64,000 bases of DNA from assembly GCA_951406725.2 (NCBI GenBank), contig OX597815.1, forward strand, positions 119,350,001 to 119,414,000, written 5' to 3'. Origin of the DNA: Octopus vulgaris (taxonomy: Eukaryota). Position 1 is the stretch's first letter. Every line of letters begins with the position of its first letter. Below the pieces are notes generated by a model that was given only the letters and a program-made list of their open reading frames with translations, was not told where the DNA came from and did no database searches. Shown here piece by piece: positions 13,604-25,068 of the stretch. The position numbers and the translations under genes are program-made.

Positions 13604-14360
13604 CATGGCTGTGTGGTAAGAAGCTTCCTTCCCAACTACATAGTTCCAAGTTCAGTTCCACTGTGTGGCACCTTGGACAAGTGTCTTCTACTTTAGCCTT
13701 GGACTGACCAAAGCCTTGTGAGTGGATTTGGTAGAAGGAAACTGAAAGAAGCCCATCATACACACACACATACACACATATATATATATATTTAATTAGC
13801 GGTTAAAATAGCTTCATTAAGGGATAGTAATATCCAATGAATTACTGGATCGTTGCCTTGTATTTTTTGTGAATAATAATATTCATAAAATAGTAGGTTT
13901 AAATATAAATCTTGGTTTATAAATATTCAAAAGAAAATTTAGAAAATGGAGATGTAGCATTAATATAATTTGTTAAATTCAAAAATCCAACATATTCTCT
14001 TACAGCTGTTTCAATTTAGCCTAAAGATTAAATAACAATTAAATCATTGTATTCGGCAAAATCTCATCAGAGGGGTAGAAAAGATATACCGTTAGATTAT
14101 TAGGTGTTGTGTATTCAAATCATATCTACATATGAGTGTATGTGTGTGTTTGTGTATGTGTGTGTGTCTGTGTGTTCGTCTTCATGTCTGTGCTTGTCCC
14201 CACCACCATTTAACAATCAGTGTTGGTGTGTTTATGTCTCTGTAACTTAGTGGTTCAGCAAAAGAGACCAGTGGGTTGATTCATTGAACTAAAACTTCTT
14301 CCAGGTGGGACCCCAAAATGGCTGCTGTTTAATCACTGAAATGAGTAAAAGATAAAATAT
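13604..14360 (+). mobile_element. SINE (dominant family) split by a PLE-derived insertion at ~13790-14130
   Basis: SINE head 13604-13770 and tail 14135-14360 flank an AT-rich insert containing a minus-strand hammerhead. Confidence 0.7.
13997..14074 (-). ncRNA. Type I hammerhead ribozyme motif, core intact
   Basis: Minus: CTGATGA (14070-14064), stem II GATTTTGCC/GGCTAAATT, GAA-ACAGCTGT-A. Stem I is short with a mismatch. Confidence 0.65.
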
Positions 14361-16206
14361 AATACCATACAGTTACATATATATCTATTTTACAAAGAAC
14401 TATAAAATTATTTAAGTCATGAAAATACTCAAGAAGGTAGCTGTGTCACTGTTGTAATTATATGAAGTATATAGGGTCTCCATGAGTGCAATCTGAGTGT
14501 ATTACAGCTCGTATTTGAAGGTTGTAAATGAAGGCTTCCTTTGTGCACTTTCCATTGGTTGAGGGGATACTGTGCTGTGGTTTTGTTTCCTCAAGATAAC
14601 ATAAATCAACCTGATGTGACCTATCTTTTAAAGTTCAAATTTCATTTATATACATGTATACCTTAAAGACAGGAGTTACTGGAATGCTGCTTTCACCGTT
14701 GAGTGGAAACATAAGGCAAGTTCACATTAGCAAGACAACTGTAAAGAATTCCTCCTTGCAGATGACAAAATCTAAAATGATTTAGAAATTCTCTTTGTTG
14801 TACCTTTCTGAACTGAATTGAATAGAACTTAGATGCAGCTCAGTTAACCTTTCCAGGAATATGATCTGAAAATAAGGCCCATATGATGTAAAAGTAATAA
14901 GTCTTTAGAAATGGAATAAGCACAACCAAGTCTATTCGAGCGTAGATTTAAGGTCAAATATTTCCAAAATATTATTATTGTTGTTGTTGTTATATTTTTC
15001 TTTTTATTTTTTCTTTTGGTAGTTCATTTCATCAAACAAAATTGTGTGAAAGAAAAATAAATCTGAGTTAGGGATTTAATTCCAAGGTCAATGTGACATT
15101 TTCTTTTGCGGTAATTGGTGTGCTCTATGATGAGTCAAGTGTAAGCACTATTGAAATGTTGCTACATTTGTCAGCTTTCACATACTAACAAAAATAAAAT
15201 TTGAATTAATAAAATTATAGAATATTTCTATAGATAAACAATGTTCCACAGTTTCAGAATGTTCCAAATAGCAGCGTTAAGAGTCAAAGGAAATCAGGGA
15301 AGGAAGAAAAAAAAATTTGGTTTCAAACTCAAGAGAGATTCAATAGCTTGCTTCTCAGCTGAGATGAAATCAATTTGGCTTTTATCAGCCAAGCGTAATG
15401 TTGCCTAGTGATGAATTCTCTGAAAATACTTTAGCATCAAGTCTCTTGTTAATTTAGAGTAGTATCACTGTCAACAAGTCGTCTGATATCTCTCTATAAC
15501 ACTGTGGATATCAGTGCCAATATCATACATGCTGTCCAAATAGCTGGTAATGCCAACATGCAAAGTACACACATGTACACACACATATATACATATACGT
15601 ATGTGAGTGTATGCATGTATATGTGTACATACACACACATATATGCATATATATATATATATATATATATATGTATACAAAAACACACACACACACATGT
15701 ATATACATATATATGTGTGTGTGTATACACACACATACACATATAAAGTCATTCCTAACACCACTACCTTCATCAACATCATCTTCACTGTTGGTGGTGA
15801 CAGCAGCAATGCCAACAACAACAACAATAACAACAACAACAACAACAACAACAACAATAATGCCCGCAACAGCAATAACAACAACAAGTAACAGTAACAA
15901 CACCATTTCTGTAGCCATTATTAAGTAACTATTACTGAGATTTTCCCATCATTCTTCAAATACCATTTCAATAGAGAAAACTTTTTCAAAAGCTGTAACA
16001 GGCTCAGTAATGACTTTTCTTTTTTGAATGTTACCAGCAAGTTTCATTTGCATAATGTTCGTTGATCAAGATCATTAGTAGCAAAAAATTTTTCATCTTT
16101 ATTATATAAAATTAAATATGTCAAGCTCAAATGCTGCTTCATTCAGAGCACAAAATTCCAAACACACACACACATGTATGTATATGTGTATATATATGTA
16201 TATATA

Positions 16207-16258
<52 letters not shown>

Positions 16259-16278
16259 TATGTATATATGTATTATAT

Positions 16279-16600
16279 GTGGCACGTAAAAAGCACCATC
16301 CGAATCGTGGCCGAAGCCAGTGCCGCCTCGACTGGCTTCCGTGCCGGTGGCACGTAAAATACACCAATCCGACCGTGGCCAATGCCAGCCTCGCCTGGCA
16401 CCAGTGCAGGTGGCACGTAAAAAGCACCCACTACACTCACGGAGTGGTTGGCATTAGGAAGGGCATCCAGCTGTAGAAACATTGCCAGATAAGACAGGAG
16501 CCTGGTGCAGCCTTCTGGCTTCCCAGATCCCCATCGAACCGTCCAACCCATGCTAGCATGGAGAACGGACGTTAAGCGATGATGATGATGATGATGATGA
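16279..16600 (+). mobile_element. RTE 3'-end fragment (or RTE-tail SINE) with (GAT)n tail
   Basis: Matches 28390-28685 of the long RTE copy: two ~60-bp units, CACCCACTACACTC...AACCCATGCTAGCATGG, then (GAT)n. Confidence 0.85.
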
Positions 16601-16665
16601 TATGTATATATGTTTATATATATGTATCAAATGAAATAAAATGAAAAACAGGACACAAAGGATGT

Positions 16666-16749
16666 TGCGGTACATATGTTTCAAGCTTTATAGAACAACT
16701 TATTCTTACATCGACATAACAAATAGTTCAAAAGCCCTCTTCAGCCGCA
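16666..16749 (-). ncRNA. Type I hammerhead ribozyme motif, complete
   Basis: Minus: TGCGG-CTGAAGA-GGGCTTT...AAAGCTT-GAA-ACATATGT-A-CCGCA. 5-bp stem I, 7-bp stem II base, palindromic stem III, GUA triplet. Confidence 0.8.
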
Positions 16750-17537
16750 TGCAATTGCTACACCAAAGACTTGTATCACATTATGAAAGGTTATATAGAA
16801 GTAAAGTTGTAAGGTACTGCATGAGTGAAAATATATATGGAAGAAGGATTGAAAATGCAATGGACTTTTAGAGATGTTTATTGACTTGTCCATTTTTCAC
16901 TTTTTTAGAAAAAGATTGTCAAAAGTAAAATGTAAAGCTTTGTATGAGCTTTGTTGTGTTAAGTACTGGTTATCACAAAAGTATCAAAATACAGAAATAC
17001 ATTCTTTGATAATGATAAGAAAATGTTAGAAACAGTTTACAAGAAAGTACTCAAGAAAGTATTCAAGCTCTTAAGACCAGACCCCTTTATCAAAGGGTGA
17101 AGAGTTGTAGTATTGAGGGAGGTAGCTTGTGCCAGGTGTTGAGAGGCAAGAGTATGATAGGAGAGATAGGAACAGGTGTCTTGCTGTAGAGGGGCTAAAT
17201 AGCTACCCCAGCTTGAAAAGGAGAGAAGAAAATGGTGGTGATATGGTGTTAAGATATACCCTAAAGGTACAAAAGGGTTAATGCCAGTGGGATGGGATAC
17301 AAATAGAGGAACAAGTGCTGAGGATAAGGACAAAGGAGCAGGTAAGTTCATAAGAGAGTGAGATAAGAGACAGATAATTAGAGGTAGGGATATAGGTGAA
17401 ACAATGAATGGTAAACAAGGGAGGGAATATGGTCAAAGGTATCAGTTTTGGCGGGGAAGATGAAGGTACTCTGAGTGGGTCAGGGAGGAGGAGGAGATGA
17501 TGAATGGCAGTACAAAATGGTGGCTTTTCTTTCCATC

Positions 17538-17800
17538 TCAATGGACTAAGACTTTTAGTCTTCTGCAATCTGTTCTTGTAGTAGTTCTAGGCTTGACATA
17601 TTTCTCTTCTTTGCAGCGGGGTTGAGTTTTTAGGAAGCATAGATTTATTCTCTTAATGGTATTCAGAGATATAGTGAATGACTTCTTCTTCAATAGTTTA
17701 TGGATTTCAGAATATATCATGCCTGATTCACAAAGATTAGCAGTTTGATTTTTAATATCCACATCAGCATGGAATTTCTTCTTCTTTGAAGGTAAATCTT
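17538..17800 (-). pseudogene. Tc1/mariner transposase N-terminal (HTH) remnant
   Basis: IKNQTANLCESGMIYSEIHKLL...SLNTIKRI...KPRTTTRTDCRRLKVL resembles the paired-like HTH and the GRPRKTT..DR linker. No DDE domain follows. Confidence 0.5.
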
Positions 17801-18604
17801 ATACAAAAGAAAAAAAGAGAGAGAAAAAAACCCCAAATAAACAAAAAACAGAACAGAGTTTAACTATCTAAGTTGCAATTAGAGCTATTTATATGCGACT
17901 TTTTATTTAAACATCAAAAGAAACTTCTTGTACACTTCTTTTAAAAAGACACCCAGAAGTACACTACCTATCATTTTAAATACTTTTCCAAACTTATATC
18001 ATAAAGAACAATTTAAAACACTCCTGTCACCTATTTTCTGTATGTCCAATTTTAATCCCTTCTGTCTTATTTCTTACCTGAGATATTGGCCATCAAGGTA
18101 TAAAAAAAAAAAAAAATGAAAATCTAGAAATTTTCAGTTTTGTCTTTCTTCACAAAATTTTTAAAATAACTTTGTAAAATATGTTTTTCTCCTAAAATAA
18201 AATCCTATTCAGAGCATTTGGGGAAACTATTGCAGTGTTTGAAACAAATAACATATTTACATTGCTGTGAAGCCCACACTTTGATATGCCAAATTAATAA
18301 AACGCATTTGGCTTCTTTATACATGTATGCACTACAAGTACATGTGCATGCATATCTATCTATCTATCTATCTGTCTGTCTGTTTTTACATTGTCATCGT
18401 CATCATTATCATCATTTAATGTCCATTTTGGTGTGGTTGAATGATTTGAGAGAAGCTGGCAAGCCAAAGGGCTGCACCAGGCTCCAGTCATCTGTTTTAG
18501 GATGGTTACTATGGCTGGATACCCTTCCTAAAACCAGCCACTTTAAAGAGTATACTGGGTGCTTGAGATATAAATATATATATATATATATATATCATCA
18601 TCAT

Positions 18605-18671
<67 letters not shown>

Positions 18672-19278
18672 TGTTTTAAATATGAGTTTTGTCCCTGTTA
18701 ACAGGGGTGGCCAGATCTACCTCAATGCCATAGCAACCAAAGTAGGCAGGTGCAGCCCACCCCAACCTATGGGCTGGCTGGTGTCCATTCTTCTTTACTA
18801 TCAAGAGGCTTTTTTGGAGCTGAATTTTCTACAGGGAGCATGCCCTTGCTTACTCCCAACCTCAGTTTCTAGACATGAGTGGTCCTGAGACCAAGGCCTC
18901 TACCATGATTTTTAAGAAATGTGGTGGAATATATATATATATATATATATTCAAATTAATAATAAAAGGGTAAAATTAATTAATTAATCAATCAATTAAT
19001 GATATTACCAAGTAGATTGGTACATTAACATAAACTTTATAGGTAAAAATTATACAAATATTCTATAATTATAAAGATAATTATAATTAGGGGTCAGCTA
19101 ATTGCTTCACCACATACCGAATTTAGAAATAGGAGTTAAAATTCCTTTTCTACTGCCGTAAGAATCTCCCAGACAGTAAGACAGTAACACACTTTTTTAT
19201 GTAGGCAAAGAGAAAAATAATGAATCAACATATGATGATTCATAATCATAGTAATTATGTTTATAATTATAGAATATT

Positions 19279-19330
<52 letters not shown>

Positions 19331-20726
19331 GAATTTACATAAAAACATAAGACGAAGACGGGTGTGTAAACAACAAACAGATGTATTAGTTTAATGCTCA
19401 AGAAGTGAGAAAGTCTTTTACATTTTGAGCCTATGCTCTTTGATAGAAAGGAACACAGAAATAAACAGGGAGAGAAAATAGGAAAGGTTTAGTGGCTAGC
19501 GATCTATCATGGTGAATGCCAGCCAGAAACATGACAGTGTAATTAAGAAGCTTGCTTCAGAAACATGTGGTTTAGGGTGTTTATTTCCACTGTACTGATA
19601 CTGTTTGCTGGTGTCTTCTACTATAGCTGTGGTGTGACTAATGCCTTGCAAGTAAAATTCGATAAACAAAAACTGGAAGAAACCTATTATATATATAAAT
19701 GAAAGAAAGTGGTACTCAGTATTATCAGGTAGAGTTTTAATTATCTAATAGCTGTTTGAATCAATTCCACATGAATTACAGCTTTGTGGACACAGAGTAC
19801 ATCCTCATCATCAGATGTACAAAGTCAGAGTGGAGAGAACTTCAAAGAAATTTAAAAATGACTTGATGAGAATATTCAGGTTTCTGTTTGTCATACTAAG
19901 CCACATGGGCACTTTAGCTATCAAGTGATATCAGCTTTTTCATTAAATGTTCCATGTGGTAGAGCAGATAGAATGTTGGCATCTGTTAGCTGATATTCTG
20001 TAAGGTTGACAATTAAGTGACAACAGTTACTGCATGGAGAAGTACCATCCTTGGCCTAACAAACCCATGCACAATTTCAGGATATATGACCTTTGTTGCC
20101 CTTACAGAAATTATAGCTTACTATCACCTGGCAACTATGTTTGTCGCACAAACTGATATGTAAGCTAACCTCACCAAACTGGTTACCTCACAACTGTTGT
20201 TGCTGAATTGTCACACCCTACAGAATGCTGGCTAACTGACACTGATATCCTGTCTACAGTATCACATGGAGCATGTAATGAAAGAACTGACGTCGCTTGA
20301 GAGCTAAAATAACTATATGATCTTATAAATGAAACTTACTAGTGGACCATATAAACATAGTATACAGAAAAATAATAATAAAAACGAGAGAAGAGAATGG
20401 AGGCATGAAAACACATGGGAATTATGATTTAAAGGGGGAAAAAAAAGAAGAAAGAAGAAAGAAGGGGAATAAAGGAAGATCTGTCATAAATGTGTGTATT
20501 AAAAATATTGAAAATATAGAATAGCAAACAAGGATAAGTAAGCGTTGATGGAAGAAAATGCTTAAATATATAAATATGAAAAAAAAATGAGTGGCTGAAG
20601 CAAAGAAAAAGAGAACAAATCAAAGAATAAAACAAAAAGAAAGCTAGTAAGCATAGAGGGAATGAAAAAGAATTTTAAAAATATTTCTATCTATCTATTA
20701 TATATATGCATATATATATATACATA

Positions 20727-21232
20727 TCTATATATATAAAACTCTAGTTGTGTGAGTGTCTGTCCCCTTCGATTTAGATTCCTAACTCCTCCCACATTTT
20801 GCGGTGCAGTTTAACCAAATTCGGGTATCTTATAGTCGTGATTCATATCGAGCCCGTCTGACTATTAGCGCGCGTCAACGATGAGTCTACGATTTTAAAA
20901 ATAATTTAACATCATTTTTTATTCCATTTTAATGCATAAAATGCATCGTATGTCGATGGCGGCGGAGTTGGCGTCCACGCTCACAGCTGCACCTGTTTGC
21001 TTCTCCCCCTTCCCTCCCTCGTGAAGCTGTGGGGAAGGGAGTGTAAAGAAATCAACGTCGTAATGCGTTGTGAAGGAAACCAGCGTTCTTTTAGAACAAC
21101 GACTTCATGGCTTGAAGACACCAAAACAAAAATGGCTAAGAAAGCCCGAATTTATAAGGGAAGTAACTCTCTAAAAATGCTTATATAGTTATTTCCCTTA
21201 CAAACCCGAGCAACGCCGGGCGATACTGCTAG
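20727..21232 (+). mobile_element. Non-autonomous Helitron, copy 1 of tandem dimer
   Basis: A|TCTATATATATAAAA 5' end; 3' hairpin CCCGAGCAACGCCGGG followed by CGATACTG-CTAG. Confidence 0.88.
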
Positions 21233-21745
21233 TCTATATATATAAAACTGTAGTTGTGTGAGTGTCTGTCCCCTTCGATTTAGATTCCTAACTACTCCTA
21301 CATTTTGCGGTGCAGTTTAACCAAATTCGGGTATCTTATAGTCGTGATTCATATCGAGCCCGTCTGGCTATTAGCGCGCGTCTACGATGAGTCTACGATT
21401 TTTAAAATAATTTAACATCATTTTTTATTCCATTTTAATGCATAATTTTTCGTGTGTCGATGGCGGCGGAGTTGGCGTCCACGGTCACACCTGCACCTGT
21501 TTGCTTCTCCCCCTTCTTCCCTCCCTCGTGAAGCTGTGGGGAAGGGAGTGTAAGGAAATCAACGTCGTAAAGCGTTGTCAAGGAGACCAGCGTTCTTTTA
21601 GAACAACGACTTCATGGCTTGAAGACACCAAAACAGAAATGGCTAAGAAAGCCCGAATTGGCATCTATAAGGGAAGTAACTCTCTAAAAATGCTTATATA
21701 GTTATTTCCCTTACAAACCCGAGCAATGCCGGGTGATACTGCTAG
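21233..21745 (+). mobile_element. Non-autonomous Helitron, copy 2 of tandem dimer
   Basis: Starts with TC immediately after the copy-1 CTAG, is collinear with copy 1, and ends CCCGAGCAATGCCGGGTGATACTG-CTAG|T. Confidence 0.88.
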
Positions 21746-21822
21746 TATATATATATATATATGTATATTTATATATATATATGATATATATATGTGTGTG
21801 TATCTTTTATATATATATATAT

Positions 21823-21991
21823 AGGCATAGGAGTGGCTGTGTGGTAAGTAGCTTGCTTACCAGCCACATGGTTCCGGGTTCAGTCCCACTCATGGCACTT
21901 TGGGCAAGTGTCTCTTCAACTATAGCCTCGGGCCGACCAAAGCCTTGTGAGTGGATTTGGTAGATGGAAACTGAAAGAAGCCTGTTGTATG

Positions 21992-22079
<88 letters not shown>

Positions 22080-22295
22080 TGTGTGCATATGTTTGTGTGT
22101 CTGTGTCCCCTCAACACCACTTGACAACCAATGCTGGTGTGTTTATGTCCCCGTAACTTAGCGGTTCGGCAAAAGAACCGAAAAGATGAGTACAAGTTTT
22201 ACATAAAATAAGTCCTGGGGTTGATTTGCTCGATTAAAAGGCAGTGCTCCAGCATGGCCAGAGTGAAATGACTGAAACAAGTAAAAGATTAAAGA

Positions 22296-22297
<2 letters not shown>
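21823..22297 (+). mobile_element. Full-length tRNA-derived SINE (dominant family)
   Basis: Head, expanded internal microsatellite and tail all present. Confidence 0.9.
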
Positions 22298-22339
<42 letters not shown>

Positions 22340-22405
22340 GTGCCCCAGCATGGCCACAGCTCGTGAGCTGAAACAAGATAAAATAAAAAAAATAAAATAT
22401 ATATA

Positions 22406-22486
<81 letters not shown>

Positions 22487-23741
22487 GTGTGTGAGTGTGT
22501 ATATATATATATACATTCTTATATATATATATATATTCTTCTTTTATTATTTTACTTGCTTCAATCATTTGACTGTAGCCATACACAATGGACTTCTTTC
22601 GGTGTTTCTGTGTACCAAATCCACTCACAAGGTATTAGTCAACCTGAGGCTATAGCTGGAGACACTTGCCCAAGATGCCATGCAGAGGAACTTAACCCGG
22701 AACCATGTCGTTGGGAAGCAAGCTTCTTACCACACACATATATATATATATATATATCATCATTATCATCATTTTAACATGTCAGTTTCCCATGGGTTGT
22801 ATGGTTTGAAAGGAACTGGTAAGCAGAGGACTGTACTAAGCTCTACTGTCTGCTTTTGGCATGGTTTCTACGTCTGAATGGCCTTCCTAATACCAACACA
22901 AAGTGTACTGGTTGCTTTTTACATGGCACCAACATTGGTGAGGTCACCAAATAACTTGCAAAACAAAGACTCCTCAACTGAGAGTGGGGAGTCATATTGG
23001 GAGAGAAGTGACTCTGTTCCAGTTGCTGAGAGGTTAAAGTAATAATAAAGGGATAAAAACAGATACCTTACTGTAAAGGATATACATGGCTACACTAATC
23101 GGAAAAGAGAAAGAGAGAGGGAGAGAGAGAAAGAGAAAGATTAGAGAGAGTGAATGATAGATAGAGAAAGAGAAAGAAAGATAGAGAGAGATAGTGGTGA
23201 AAATGTGTTGTGACATGTTTGTATGTGTGTGTATGTGTGTGTATGTGTGTGTGTGCATGTATGTGTACATGTGCATGTGTGTACTCGTGTGAAAAGGGAA
23301 AAACTTTACTCTAAAACATGCTGCCTTAAAAAGAGTTCAAGTTACTTGTTTTTTATTCAGGATTTTTCATATGCTCTCAGCAGTTCTTTATGCTTGGTTA
23401 GAAACAATAGCATTCCAGAATCCATTAGGCTGATATGTCAAGACTTTTGCAATCTCACTTTCAAATGAAAGTGTTGTAATGGCATTAGTCTGTGCATTCT
23501 ATGGTAAATCACAAAGAATCCTGGGAATAATTTTATAGCTGATAAAATCCTCAATGTTGGATTTAAAGTTATAGTCTCTTATTTTGCATATGACATGTTT
23601 GAATATACATACATACATACCTACATACATAATTTCATACATACATATATACATACATACATATATATATATATATTAATATATACACACACACACATAT
23701 ACATATATATATGTGTGTGTATGTATATATATATATATATA

Positions 23742-24175
<434 letters not shown>

Positions 24176-25019
24176 TGAGGTAATAAACGAATATATACAT
24201 ATATTTCTGGTCATTTCAATATGTGACCGCATGTGTATCGTTGGCAATTTTCTTTCTCCATCTTCCCTTCTTTGGACTTTATCTTTTCTTCTATATTTCT
24301 GATGAAGAGCTCCACTCAAAACGTGAAATCCTCCTTCTTTCTTTCCTTTCCTGAGCGTCCAATAACACTATACTTGTTCCACGTCCTCGTGTTGTGTTTT
24401 CTCTTCATTTGGATTAACTATATATATATATACATATATATAAAAATTAGAAAAAAAACACCTTTTATCAATTCAAAATGAACAATTAAATTACACCATC
24501 TAGAAAATTACATATAATAGAAATATTAAAATTAAAATAACTCATGATTATAAGGTTGGGTGATGTGTAGTGTTCTTGAACAAAACACTTCATTCTACAT
24601 TGCTCCAGTCCATTGCTTGACAACCTGTAACTTAGTGGTTCAGCAAAAGAGACTGACAGAATAAGTAATAGGCTTACAAAGAATAAATTCTGGAGTCGAT
24701 TTGTTTAACTACAGGCGTTGATCCAGCATCGTCGCAGTCAAATGACTGAAACAAGTATATATATATATTATATTGTGTGAAATTTGATTTAGTATTTCTA
24801 AATTGAATTTTTCCCTGTAAGTTAGGATTAATATTCCCTCAAATTATATATATATATAATAATAATATTAGGGAAAAATTAGATTTAGGATTAAATCCAA
24901 TTTTATTGTATAAATATATTATATTATATTATATTAAATTAGAGATAAAACCACTATTAGGCAAATCAAACAGTGAAAAACATAAGCCAATACTTGCCTA
25001 ATAGTGGTTTTATCTCTAA

Positions 25020-25066
<47 letters not shown>

Positions 25067-25068
<2 letters not shown>

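Noticed and set aside
14662-14771. Candidate minus-strand exon bounded by TTTTAG and GTATAC
   Set aside because: All three frames contain stops and no partner exons were found.
15471-15928. Cluster of YI/VC/TH-rich ORFs (and similar ones throughout the window)
   Set aside because: Products of (TA)n, (TG)n and (CAA)n repeats.
20997-21701. Duplicated 63-aa and 87-aa ORFs as a gene pair
   Set aside because: Incidental frames inside the two Helitron copies.
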